DNA of 64,000 bases. It comes from Octopus sinensis. Its lineage: Eukaryota. Shown in pieces: positions 25,001-39,189 of this stretch; position 1 is the first letter of the stretch, and every line of letters begins with the position of its first letter. A program made the translations under genes and the position numbers. Location of the stretch: assembly GCF_006345805.1 (NCBI RefSeq), contig NC_043002.1, forward strand, positions 114,886,001 to 114,950,000. Direction: 5' to 3'. Below the pieces are notes generated by a model. The model saw only the letters and a list, made by a program, of their open reading frames with translations. It had not been told where the DNA came from and ran no database searches.

Positions 25001-26135
25001 CTATGTAAAAAGAAAAATCAATAACAGTTTATTCTCATCACTCTATCAATCGTTGGTTAGTCGCTTTCTTTCTATCTTTCTCCCCAGACGATTATTATCA
25101 TTTGAACATTATAGTGCCACACAAGTACTCACAGAAAACAAGTGAGACGTTTACTGCTTTCAACGTTGCAAGAATACCGAATTTCCAAAATAATTACAGC
25201 GTAAATTTACAAGAGGTTTCCAGTAACTAAGTAGCTAGTTTTCTTTACGTTAACATACCGTCTTTTACATCAATTGATGGTGCTTGAAGAATCCATCGCA
25301 GTCAACTGAACGATTTGTGCAGCGTAGCAAAATCTTTCCTAATATTAGTTCTGTGCTTTGAATTGATACTTAAGAGAGTTATAAAAGACACCGGAGTATT
25401 TGTGTACATGTGTTTGTGTGTGTGTGTGTGTGTGTGTTGTAAATGTGTCTGTTTTGCGCGTGCGTAAATGTCTATATGTGTTTTCATGTGTATGAGATAA
25501 TGATCGTCTGTGGATATACTTTCCTACTTCAAACGTTCTACAATGATTCTTGTCTCCGCGAAAATTTGTTAGAAGAGAGACTGAGAAGCAAATAGTTTGT
25601 ATTTAAGGAATATTTTGTTTGATATTCTTTATTACGAACCCTATTTGAACTTCTAATACGCCTTTGGTTAAGAATCGAGAATTGTTATCAGGTTATGTGG
25701 AAAACATTATTAAATGTTTTTTCAGTTGAACCGTAAAAATCAACAAACGTAGTCGCTACGCATACAGAAGAAGTTCTTAGTTTATTCGTTTAGAGAGCGA
25801 TTTGTTGTTGGTGGAGGAACTATTGATAATATTGAGAAAAATGCCACAATAACTAAAATAGGAATAAGAATATACTAAACATCAGAAAGTAATAATATTA
25901 AATGAAAGTATAATTAGGAAAGTGTAAGATTGAATGCAGCGGATTTATTGTCGTAACTTCACTTTGATCCAAGTAAACAAACAATTAAGCAATCGATTCA
26001 TCTCCTGATATTTGGGCGTACATGCAGCTGTTCCTTATTATGCAGATCCAATTAGGTAACATGCAGAGTATGCGCATCTGAATTTTCAGCATTATTGGTA
26101 TGATTCGCTTGTTTTACACATTAAAACATAGAATG

Positions 26136-26195
<60 letters not shown>

Positions 26196-26520
26196 GTATA
26201 CGTATACACATATGTCCATTCACACACGTGGAAAGAACTTGTACATATTTTTGTCTTCCAAATACTACTAATAGTTTGAGGCTATGGAAGAAGACGCCTA
26301 CCTAACTAACTTAAGGTATGCTACCGTCCGACCCGTTTAGTTTCAAACACTTATGTCTGCGGCCAAATCTTATGAAATATATTATATAGGAGAATCGTCT
26401 CCCGGAACAATTACCGCAGCGAAAGGTTCTCCCACACACGATCATTATTCGTGTAAATGACTTTACACGGATATGTATATGTACACACATACGTACATAT
26501 ATACAAATGTATGGAAATAT

Positions 26521-26579
<59 letters not shown>

Positions 26580-27949
26580 AATATACATACATACATATAT
26601 GAAAATATGTTTATATATATGTATGTATGTATATGCACGTATGCATATATACACGCAACTGTATATACACATACATACGTATATATACAACATGCACGCA
26701 TACACACACGTGTTTGCTTTGTAATAGATGGTTCTCCGTTGCCTTCCGTGAAGGTTACTCTGTTTTTCGATCAAGTGAATTACGTTATCTGCTTATCGAA
26801 TTAAGTGGCCGAGAATTCCACAAATACATGTATCCTTAATGTTATTCTCGGGCAGAATCAGCGGGATGGTGTGCAGCCAGGCCGTACTGTCTAAATTGTG
26901 GCTATAGTCCACCTGAAGAATATTTTGGTCAGTCCAATTCCAATATGTGGCAGTCAAAGTCTTCGGTATATACACTGGTTCGATTCTTCATAGTTTCCGT
27001 GGGTAAAGTTAATATAAGACGTTTCGTGCTCAATCAGATCCTTTTCAGACGAAGAGAAGAAGGATTTCTGTGTGGTACGGATTATATATAAATTGATATC
27101 TTGAATGTGTAGTATAAAGGATCGGCGTAACTGTAATCACATAAGACTAGTACTTGCTCCTGGACTTTGCGTTCAAATATTAACGTTAGCTTAGTTAGGA
27201 GGAAGATGTAACCTGACATCCGGGTGTCTTGGATACTATTAGCGGAGTCCACTCTATTGCGAGCATTCGAGTTAAGTTTCGGGTTGATGATAATTTCCTG
27301 CTTAACTCACTCCTCCTGCTAGTCTCAGGGGCTCTAACGTGTCATGGGTAGTGCCTTCCCTCCTAACTAATACACATCCATTCATTTGAACATATGCAGA
27401 AGCATACATATATATTCTCATTTCGAGAATTTAACGACAATATGTGGCTTCGAAAGGCAGTTGCTCCCACGAACCACAATAAATTTGGGATTTGCAGAGG
27501 GTCAAAGTTAGTAACAAAAGCAGAACACGGGAGACATACAACAACCCAAACGAAAACAAACACGGAGGGTCGTTAGGCCAGACGAGGTAAGATTGCGAAC
27601 GCTGGAGGAATATTGTATTTGACAAAAGAAAAGGATGCGTCTGGTCTGTACGAAGGAAGAGGAAGTTGATCACGTGAAGGAAAGAAAGATGGTCGATGGT
27701 CACGTGTGAGCAACGAGAGAGAGAGTAAAGGAAAAAAGAGAGAGAGACAGAGACAGATAGAAAACGGTGAATGGGAGAAAAAAGAATTAGAGAAAGGAAG
27801 AGAAAGGAAACGTAATGGGGAGAGAGATAACTATACAGGGTAGAGTCGCATCAAAGTCATTAAGATGAACTTACTTGGAAATGGATGCGTGGCGTTCAGT
27901 CATATAATAATATAAATAGTATATACATATATATATATATATATATATA

Positions 27950-29058
27950 CTAGCATTAAAGACCCGTCGTTGCCGGGTCATAGTGCTAGTGCATGTATAT
28001 ATGTGTATATATATGTGTGTACATATTACATGTACATCTATATATATACATCTCTCTCTATATAAACGGCAGTTTGTCTGTGCGTGTTTCTGTGTGTCTG
28101 TTTGCTTGTACCCTCACCCTGACCACGGCTTTCAACCGATTCTGATGAAACTTGACACACACATAGCCCAATGTCATAATTCAAAACTAACGCAGCGAAA
28201 ATTTTGAAAAGTTCCCCCAGTTCTGAAAAAAATCGATAAATTCGACATGGGGTCGAGAATCAGAAACACAAACCGCAAACTGTCTAGGGGACGCAACTCC
28301 ACCTTTTTTAACTAAAAAAAAATTTACCATCATTTTTTTCCATTTTTTTGCTATTTTTGGCTATAACTCTCTAAAAGTGCTTTATAGTTATTTCCCTTAC
28401 AAATCTGAGCAACGCCGGGCGATACTGCTAGTCTACACATAAAATGCAAACTACAAAGTTATACCTTGATATCGCTAGTGATAACAATACTCAAAATATA
28501 TAACAGACTGGAATTGTTAGCTCTTCTTTTTTCTCTACATTGTATACTTTATAGACAATAGTCTTTTCTTTAATTTAATTTTTTATTATCCATCTGGACT
28601 ATACCATTTGTGCACGATAATTTTATTTTTAATTTATTCCCATTCATGTGAAACCACTTATTCAAGTTCAAATCATTGATGCAATTTTATACCAATTGCT
28701 ATTTTTACTTTTGTTATATTACGATTATATTATACTTTAGTTTGATTTTAATTATTACTTACTACATATAATTCAATTGTTATTATTATTTTTATTGTTA
28801 AAGTGAAAGTATCTGACATAAAATAGAGAAATATTTTTGTTTCACTTTTAACACGTAATACTGAAATAGTGGAGAAGATATGATATTGCTATGGGCTCGC
28901 TCTAGGCAAGAAGTTGAACATTTTTTGTGCCCATGAAACTACATGGACCCTAAGTAAGGCATGTGTAAATTTGAATGAAATTGGTTGTGTAGTTCTCAAG
29001 TTTTAGGAAGCACCAGACAGACAGACAGACAGAACACATTCTCAGTTTTATATGTATA

Positions 29059-29061
<3 letters not shown>
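27950..29061 (-). mobile_element. Non-autonomous Helitron (outer)
   Basis: Minus strand starts A|TCTTATACATATAAAACTGAGAATGTGTTCTGTCTG and ends with the hairpin GACCCG-GCAACGA-CGGGTC, then TTTAATG-CTAG|T: canonical A|TC...CTAG|T. Confidence 0.65.
28051..28431 (+). mobile_element. Non-autonomous Helitron (inner, opposite strand)
   Basis: A|TCTCTCTCTATATAAACGGCAGTTTGTCTG ... AACCGATTCTGATGAAACTTG ... GAGCAACGCCGGGCGATACTGCTAG|T. Confidence 0.8.
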
Positions 29062-29108
<47 letters not shown>

Positions 29109-29112
<4 letters not shown>

Positions 29113-29330
29113 TTTACTACCCACAAGGGGCTAAACACAGAGGGGACAAACAAGGACAGACAAACGGATTAAGTCGATACATCGACCCAGTGCGTAACTG
29201 GTACTTAATTTATCGACCCCGAAGGATGAAAGACAAAGTCGACCTCGGCGGAATTTGAACCCAGAACGTAACGGCAGACGAATACGGCTACGCATTTCGT
29301 CCGCGTGCTAACGTTTCTGCCAGCTCACCT
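29109..29330 (-). mobile_element. SINE family A, young subfamily
   Basis: Full copy; shares the variants GAACCCAG, CGTCCGCGTG and CTCACC with 47775-47989. Confidence 0.92.
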
Positions 29331-29418
29331 TATTTATTTATTTATAAATATATAGATATATATATATATATACATATATTATATATTTTATATGATATAT
29401 ATATATATTATATATATA

Positions 29419-29450
<32 letters not shown>

Positions 29451-29459
29451 TATTATATA

Positions 29460-29499
<40 letters not shown>

Positions 29500-29594
29500 T
29501 AGAGATAGATATATATGTATATACACACACATATATATATATATATATACATAGATGTACACACACATACACATATATTTTTATCTATACATAC

Positions 29595-29674
<80 letters not shown>

Positions 29675-30141
29675 ATATTTATATATGTACTCCTTTATAA
29701 ATGCGCGAATGCCTTCAAAATCCTGCTGCAAAATCAGAAATGTAAAATGTGATTCCAGATTTCCTTATTTCCCGGCAACAACTTGCAACCGTACAGAAAT
29801 TACAAAATTATTTATCTAATATGCTACAGCAGTGTAGTGGGAACGATTTAATCAACTATATCGCTAAAAAAATATTTGATCATGTGCCACTTTCAGAAAT
29901 CAATGTATCAAATGCATACAATATGCAATATCAAATTTAGACTACTCGTCTAGAGAGACACGTAATCTATTAATATACATTTCCTTTATGTATGTTCATC
30001 ATCAGATTATGACTACTTGAAACATATGTATTCAGCATATATATATATAACGGGAAGGTTTACGAAAATGATATATATATCATTATCTAATGCAACGCTA
30101 CGTGCAGCAAAAAAACGTTTTCTGATGCATATATATGCATA

Positions 30142-30194
<53 letters not shown>

Positions 30195-31135
30195 TCGCTC
30201 TTTTGGGTGGGGTTAGAATATTGGTTCTTGAGGCACATTACATAAAGCTATAAAAATCGGGTTGTAAAACCCTTGCGAATAGAAAAATTCAAAGGCTATG
30301 TGTGTGTATGCAAGCATACATACATACATGTATACATACATACAAACATACATACATGCATACATATAAACAGACAGACAGACAGAAAGACACACACATA
30401 CATATACGTGTGTGTGCGTGTGCGTGTACATGCGCAAATATATGTCTGCATTTGTATGCGTACACACACACGCACGCAGAGACAAGATTCTATGAATGAA
30501 GTATCTAAAGATGCGTAACAAATCTATGCAACGATTCCCTTTACATCTAGTTTGTAGATTCAGGTAATGCGTGTATTTCGCTAAATAAATTGCTATGTTA
30601 GCATTGTCTGCACAGTTGACTGCTGACTACAGCTGTGCATCAATATAGTGGCCTGAATTTGATGTCTGCATATTGCCAATGCAACTGCATACATCATTAT
30701 AACTAACTGAAGAAGAATACTGCTGACTGCAGAGTGGAGCTGCACATAACACCTGATCACTATACTCTTGTTTTTGTTTTTAGAGAATAAATACGATGTT
30801 CTCGTAAATAACATAAAAATTTCTATTATTTCTTCTAAATATAGCAGCACATTATAATCCGTAACAATTCAGCTCATATTCTATTGTTAGTAAGTATATG
30901 CGTATCTTTCTAAATTATTTATATTTTAAGAAAGTATTTTCACCTGCAAGTCTTTTCCAATCTATAAGCCTAGATTTGATGCTGTGAAATTTTCACTTTA
31001 AATATGAAAGTAAGTGTTATGGAAAATGTTTGAAGCCTGACGCAGATACTTAATCCTTGATGACATGCATCCGTTATTATAATAAACAAAGAGAAATAAG
31101 CTTATTTTCCCAAAATTATTTATATATATATATGT

Positions 31136-31174
<39 letters not shown>

Positions 31175-31553
31175 TATGTGTGTGTGTGCATGTGTGTGTG
31201 TGTGTCTGTGTGTGTGTACTGATAAAAGGCTGTTGAAAAAGTTGAAACATTTACTGTTGATAATGAGTCAAAAAATACAAAACTGTGGTATAAAATGCAT
31301 AAACTGAAAATAGTTGCCCTTCGTTCAACTATTGCACAATATTCTGAGAAAAAGGTTCAACTTTTATATATTTATCACCAGACAACATAGAGATATATAA
31401 ATAACTAATACTACCAAGTGTAGCATCTTAGCGTAGGGCGTATGTTAACCCTCTTTAAGTTTGATTTATAGAATGGATGGATAGATGCATGCGCGCGCAC
31501 AAACACAAAGACAGATCTACATGTATGTATGTATGTATGTATGTATATATATA

Positions 31554-31644
<91 letters not shown>

Positions 31645-31702
31645 TATATATAATATATATATATATATTATATATATAATATATATATATATTATATATA
31701 TA

Positions 31703-31734
<32 letters not shown>

Positions 31735-31736
31735 TT

Positions 31737-31869
31737 ATTATTCAATAGCCAAGATAATACTCTGGGTTTCGGAAATCCACAACACCATCACTTCGGTTAT
31801 CTGGCCATCTTTTGTGGATTTCCACCTCGGCATCCGAAACTCAGAGTTTTATCTTGGCTATTGAATAAT
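31737..31869. mobile_element. 133-bp fold-back MITE
   Basis: ATTATTCAATAGCCAAGATAA...GAAATCCACAA pairs with TTGTGGATTTC...TTATCTTGGCTATTGAATAAT; one arm has an ~11-nt indel. Confidence 0.8.
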
Positions 31870-31920
31870 TGTCACGTATTATTTCAAGGATAAATCTCCT
31901 CTATTCACATATTATTTCAA

Positions 31921-31994
<74 letters not shown>

Positions 31995-32168
31995 TATTTC
32001 AAAGATAAATCTCCTCTATTTACATAATATTGAGGTCTCTTTCTTTCTCTTGTTATCTTACCGTTTTTACTAATATATATATATATATATATATTAAGAG
32101 AGAGAGACAGAGAGACAGATAGAGGTATATGTATACATGTGCTTGAGTAGGTATATATTTATGAATCA

Positions 32169-32246
<78 letters not shown>

Positions 32247-32334
32247 TATATGCATATATATATATGGATATATATATATGTATATACATATGTATATAAT
32301 ATATGTGTATGTATATGTATATCTATGTGTGTAT

Positions 32335-32530
32335 GCCTCTGTGTTTTGTCCCTCACCGCTGCTTAACAGCCGATGTTGTGTTTACATTCCTGTAAATTAG
32401 CGGTTCAGCATAAGAAACCGATGGAATGAGTACCAGGTTTAAACAAAAAAATTAATACTGCTGTCGATTTGTTCGACTATAACTCTTGAAGGCGCTGCGC
32501 CATCATTACCACAGTCTAATGAGTGAAACA

Positions 32531-32531
<1 letters not shown>
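32335..32531 (+). mobile_element. SINE family B, diverged 3' half
   Basis: TTTGTCCC...TAGCGGTTCAGCA...GTCGATTTGTTCGACTA...CAGTCTAATGAGTGAAACA. Confidence 0.75.
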
Positions 32532-32604
<73 letters not shown>

Positions 32605-32607
32605 GTA

Positions 32608-32648
<41 letters not shown>

Positions 32649-33480
32649 TTATCTATCTGTCTCTCTGTCTGTCTGTCGGTCTATTTGTTTGTCTACCTAT
32701 CTAAGGATATGGGTTCGTGCCCCACGTTCATCCCTCAGCCTTTCTAGTCACAAGAGTTTTCAATCCAATATTTGCATGCTATTATTTATTGGTTTATTCG
32801 CTTCGAGATCCAATGTTCCCGGAAAGAATTATGCGCGTGTGCGAGCGTGTACGTCTGTGACTACATTTCTATATTATGCCACCGAGACTAAAAAGAAACG
32901 CATTCTGTCCCACCACCGCTTATTACTACAATGTAAGCTATTTCAGTATCTCATACCTTACTTTATCAGACGGTTACACTATGCAATAACTACCTTTAGA
33001 ATCCTGTAACATATTAGGATATAACCTTTAATAGACATTTAAATATTAATTATTTTCTTATAGCTGATACATATTCGTGACATTTTATCATATATTGCGT
33101 TAATGGGAACAATCTGGAAAGAAGAGGAGACGAAGGGCTTATCAGGGTATCATAAGTGCGAGCTAGGTCGGTGACTCTTTACTTTATTGAGCATAATGTG
33201 CCAACTATCAGATACTTATCTTACTTAGTGAGACTCATTAACGGGTTCATTTCCTTCTAACACTCAAATATTGTTATGGGATATTTGAAGTTCATTAATG
33301 CTGTGTACGCATATATTATTTATTTATTATATACAGATATCATGTAATGGAGTTCTACTTTGAAACCTTAGTGATCAAGTGATAAAGAATGCATTAGGAT
33401 TTCTATAAGTACAGATTTCAAATATGTACATTCGAGTATGTATAAGTAAGATTTAGATAACTTATTATATCGAGTGTGAA

Positions 33481-33660
33481 GGGGCACGGTCTGCTGGTTA
33501 GGATGCAGCTCGCCAGATTGTGGTTTCGTTTCCTTGAAAAGCGGGGCATTGTGTTCTTGAGCAAAACAATTCATTTGATGATACTCGAACCCACTCAGTT
33601 GTATATGTGTAACTCTGCGACTGACAAGCGTTCCGTTCAGTGGGGGTGGTATCATTGAAA
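33481..33660 (+). mobile_element. SINE family C, diverged
   Basis: GGTTTCGTTTCC...TTGTGTTCTTGAGCAAAACA...CCACTCAG; homologous to 34553-34775. Confidence 0.6.
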
Positions 33661-33714
33661 AATGCATTGTGACCAATACTGAGTAACGATAACAGACAAC
33701 AGAGAAATAAGTGA

Positions 33715-34222
<508 letters not shown>

Positions 34223-34552
34223 CCTTAATTAATGTAAGATTAACGTAAGATATGTGATTAGCATAAGATTAACGTAAGATATAAGTGATCATCGTAAGAT
34301 TAACGTAAGGGACAAAATTCTGGAATGATTTCAAATGTTTATCGCCAACCCCATGAGAAGATTTCAGTACCTATCTCTTCTTGCCAATGGAAATTAGGAG
34401 AACTGGTCGCGACACATGTAATGTAGCCAAAAGCAGAATACAACGGTGAATACGGAATAAAAAAAAAAACCCGTTGACTTCTCGCAGCATTGCGAGAATA
34501 TAATACAATATCGCTATCATGCATTCGAGTAACGTACTTCCGCGCATGAAAT

Positions 34553-34775
34553 GGAGGCGCATGGCTTTGTGGTTACTCATGGATTCATGATCGTAAGATT
34601 ATGGTTTGTGGTTTCGATTCCTGGACCGGGTGACGCTTGCTGTTCTTGAGCAAAACACTACATCTGTTGCTCCAGTCCACTCAGCTGGCATAAAAGGGTA
34701 ATCCTGGGACGGACCGGCGTCCCGTCCAGGTGGGGAATGTATACGCCATAGAAACCGGGAAACCAGTCGGTATGT
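34553..34775 (+). mobile_element. SINE family C with a V-domain-like tail
   Basis: GGAGGCGCATGGCTTTGTGGTTA, GGTTTCGATTCC, TTCTTGAGCAAAACAC, then GGACGGACCGGCGTCCCGTCCAGG. Confidence 0.65.
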
Positions 34776-35479
34776 CTCTAGAAGGTAACTTAACTTTACT
34801 TCGCATAAAACATCAGAATATTTTGTCACACTGTTATGGTAAAACAGCACATTGGTATACAGTAATGTTTATGAATGTTCTGTGAAACAATCATGAGAAT
34901 ATATCGAATATATCGTCAAAATGAATTACTTATTTTCTGACATATTCGTTTGTTTCTCAGCTAGTCACCACTGCTCCGTGTTTTGACTGTTTCTTTCTAC
35001 CTTTGATTTTGTTATTATTTCATCTCTTTCTAGTATTCTATACTGTTCTGTTTGTCGGCATTTGAAAAAGATTTTATGAAGGGTAATATTCATCTAATTT
35101 GCTATATTCAACTACTGGATTTAATCTATTGTAATATGACTATGGTGGAGGTACAGATTTAAAGGCTTTAGTTCATCATACAGATCCCAGCACTAATTTC
35201 AGTTTGGATTTGCTTTAAACCTCAGTATTTCTCAAGCCCCTAAATAAAGAACACAACACAAACATAAAACTAGTTAAAAACCATGGCAAACGTAAACACA
35301 AACGTATGCAGGTACAGAAATGTACACACATGCGACCCGCCCTCAAATGTGTGTGTTTGTGTGTGTGTTCGTGTGTGTACACACATACATTCACAAATAC
35401 ATACTTTTAAGTATATATGTATACATATATGTGTGTGTATACGCGTGTGCGCGCGTATGTGAATGTGCATGTATGTGTT

Positions 35480-35572
<93 letters not shown>

Positions 35573-36356
35573 GTATATGTACATATATATAACATACGTA
35601 CATATATGCATACATGAATACATACATTCTTGCATACATACATGCATACATACATACATACTTACATACATACATACATATACTCACACGAACATATATG
35701 TATGTAATATATATATTTATGATATATTTAAAGGCAAATTGAAATTAAAGGTAAAACTCGCATCTCTACTTTTTACCTTTAACCAGCCTATATTCCTTAA
35801 GACTGGTTATTACTGAACTGGATTTAATTCCAAGTTAGTGTTTGGACCCTGAAAAATGCAAATTATTAAAATGCAACTTACACAGGTGAGAGTTTTAATA
35901 GGAAATAGACGTATAATATAGAGACCCGTCTGCGGCAAGACTTTAGAAGTTAACTAGCGACTTCTTTTGTGTTAATAAAAGGCGAACACTTCAGCCTGAA
36001 AAGTAAGAAAGCATTTGTATCAACTGTAGTTGAAGTGATATGGTATTGCTTTTCTACACCTCTTCTTCACATGATTGATCATTTCTAAATCAGGATATGC
36101 CTATGCAACATTAGTATGTTTACTTCTCTTCTTTATCGACAAAGTTGAACTTATCAAGATCTGAATACATATAGGTATTCTAAGACTCCTTTCGCTTTTT
36201 TATCCAATCGTTACCCACATTAATCACAATAAATTTGTTTCTCTTAAAATATAAAGATGTTATACTTCGTGTTTGTATCTGGTTTGCAAGATTATTTATG
36301 CGAACTCGTGTGTTGATGCAAATGGGGAGAGTTATATTGTCTTAATGCCTTATTAT

Positions 36357-36541
36357 CTAACACACTCACCGGTTCGATTTCCATTCATTTATTATTTAGA
36401 TTTTTTCTTCCAAAATTTTCGTTGCTTTTGTAACCTTGCTAAAGAGTCAACATCCATTGACAAGGTTGCAAAAGCAACGAAAATTTTGGAAGAAAAATAT
36501 AAATAATAAATGGCTGGAAATCAAACTGGTGAGTGTGTTAG
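36357..36541. repeat. Long inverted repeat (82/81-nt arms, 22-nt loop)
   Basis: Arms 36357-36438 and 36461-36541 differ by 6 substitutions and one 1-nt indel (hand alignment). Confidence 0.9.
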
Positions 36542-38612
36542 GTATGACTCTCCCCAGCCACAACATAATAAAGTTGTTAAATATATGGAAAACAAATACT
36601 GGATCTTCTCGGTGCAAATATAATTTTATTAAACATTGCCATAACTGTCTGGGAAAAAATCACTTAATAAAGATATCATTTGACATTACTGCAAAGTAAG
36701 CATGGAATTTTTAATACTAAAAACATATGTGCATATACATTCATATACACACGCTTTCACTAAAAATATGTACATACATTTGGGAAAATGAATTTATTCC
36801 AGACAGGGAAAGCATTTTGTGGACTCACTTATTTCTTAAAGACAACTACTAGCTTAAGAATTTTCTATTCTTTTGACATTTTATACTTTTACGTACAATA
36901 AATGTCAAGAAGAGACAAATGGAGTTCCTCAGTGTATTCCTCAGTTAATGCATTGCTCGTCATCAAATCTAAATACCTGACTGGAAATATGCTAAAAGAT
37001 TTTCTTCTATGGGGTCTTCTATAATAAATTGCTTTGACACGCCATTTCCAGTTTCCTTTTAATGCATTTCAAGAAATGGCCAATGCTTACTGTCCAATGC
37101 CATGTTTAAATGTTGATTTCGTTTGACGAGTCATAAAGCTATCATCTAATGGCTGCAGTGTAATCAATTGAATCTACCTCATTGTATTTTCCCCTTATTC
37201 ACATTAGTGAAAGAAAGATATATTCCAGCATGGTTCGAACTCACGAAAGTGAGATATAGAACTTGACATTTTTAATACTCCTCATTTCATTCATTAGAAA
37301 CATAGTGCAATACACTGGGATAAATAACAGATCCTGTTATTTACTCTCGGATGTGTTACCATTATGTAACCGGCCTATATTTACACCCTTAACTATACAG
37401 AGGTTATTACGGTTGACTAAGCCAACCATCACTTACTTAACTGACGGTTAGACTTGACATAGTAGATCAGAACTTTTTCTATATTATTCACATTCATAGA
37501 GTTATTTCAAACTACTAAAATCTGAAAACAAGTTGACTCTCTTGTCCCAGTCGATTAACTAGTTAATAGTTTTGTAACATAACACAGAAATATAAATATC
37601 ATGTTGTGCTATCATATCTCTCCAGTGCATTTGGAAACATTAAAGCACTAAAATATTATTCCTTACGGACAATATAAGTATTTTTTTCTTTTTTTAATGT
37701 TATGTGGTCTGTTGGCTTAATAAGAGCCCTCAGTTAAACTGGCACATAATTTGAAGCGACTGGTGGGAATGTGAGTCGATAGACTTTGAGCATAAGATAA
37801 CTAAGAATGAGTGTTAGAAGTGATTAAAGCTATTTCGTAAAGGGAAACTTGTAACAGAAACTAATTCACATTACTTACTTCAAAACTACTTGACATTACT
37901 CCTGTTTTGTTTTTCTGCTCTTCCTTCCCCTTTTTTCAGTCTCTCTTGAACCCTATTTCTTTCCTCTACATAAACACAACTTCTCAGAAACATCTCGCAC
38001 ACTTTCACTTATGCCCGTTCATTCGTGCGTAAAGACATGCGCACCCCATAATCTCTCACCGTCTCCTTCCATTCAACTACCCTCTTTACTCCTTCTTCAA
38101 AGATAGCTTCTGACAATTACCTTCCTGCATTATTACAACAAGCTAAATTTGATATGAGACTTTGATACTGTTAATAAATTTCCCTTCTATTATTTCATCT
38201 TAAAACATGAGTAAGTCACTGGGTGCAGTCTTAATCAAACTAGTATGATGAACTGAAGCTAAAGTCTTTGATCAATCGATTATCTGTTTCTTGCATTTCT
38301 TCGCGGTAATTTAGTAAGGTAATGTAGTAATCTGTTTGGGGGTGGTAAGGCAATCAGACCAAGCTTTAGGAAATGCTATCGATCGATTCGTTTAAAATAT
38401 TCTACAGTAATTTTGATTGAATTAATGCTGACACGAAATATGGCACGAAATCATTATGTCTTGACAGTTATTATGTAGTATTTAACTATAATATCGAGTT
38501 GACAACAAGCCAAGTTGATAGGGCAGTGACCTATAACTTGGAAATTTAGCATGTTTAAATGTTGAGTCCATACTAAAGGAGTTGAAAATCCACTAGGAAA
38601 GTTTTTCCAGTA

Positions 38613-38832
38613 TTAACCCATTAAGTCCCAGAGTACTTAAATTTCTGAATATTACTTTTAAATTCTCAAAGATGATTAAAAATAAGCTAAAATGAAAAAA
38701 AATAATTATTAAAACTCCTATACTTCAAGTAGAAATGGAAATATTCGGTGTCCTATAAATAGGACACTGCGACAATGTGATATAGTTTATTTAATGTTCT
38801 CATTTTAGTGTCCGTGGGACTTAATTGGTTAA
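38613..38832. mobile_element. piggyBac-type MITE with TTAA TSD
   Basis: TTAA|CCCATTAAGTCCCA ... TGGGACTTAATTGG|TTAA (14-nt TIR, 1 mismatch); internal palindrome GTGTCCTATAAATAGGACAC. Confidence 0.85.
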
Positions 38833-39189
38833 ACAAAGGAGTCATCTTACAATAAAAACATTTACTAATATGCGAGAATGAAGTAAAAATTGCGTTATAA
38901 GCACAAAAGAGATGAAGTAAAAATCGACCACACCAGTTCACTTTTCTTCGAATTGCTAGGTAAGGATAAAGTTTTTAGAGTAAAATTTCCAAACCACAGT
39001 ACTATGTTTTATTTTCAATTACTTATTGTAATTTGGATAAATGAAGAAATTTTAATATATTTTAAGATTTATCAGCAATTCATTTGTCACCAGTTTCAGT
39101 TAAATTATCTTCACTATGATAAATAAGTTGTCTAGACAACTTCCTGTTATAGTCTGAACGGATCTGAACGCGTTGAGTAAGCACAGTAA

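Noticed and set aside
35777-35848. 72-nt minus-strand exon candidate with a strong acceptor and donor
   Set aside because: All three frames contain stop codons.
37090-37200. LQPLD motif suggesting a pogo/Tigger DDE transposase
   Set aside because: Only five residues match, with stops on both sides and no other DDE_1 motifs or TIRs.
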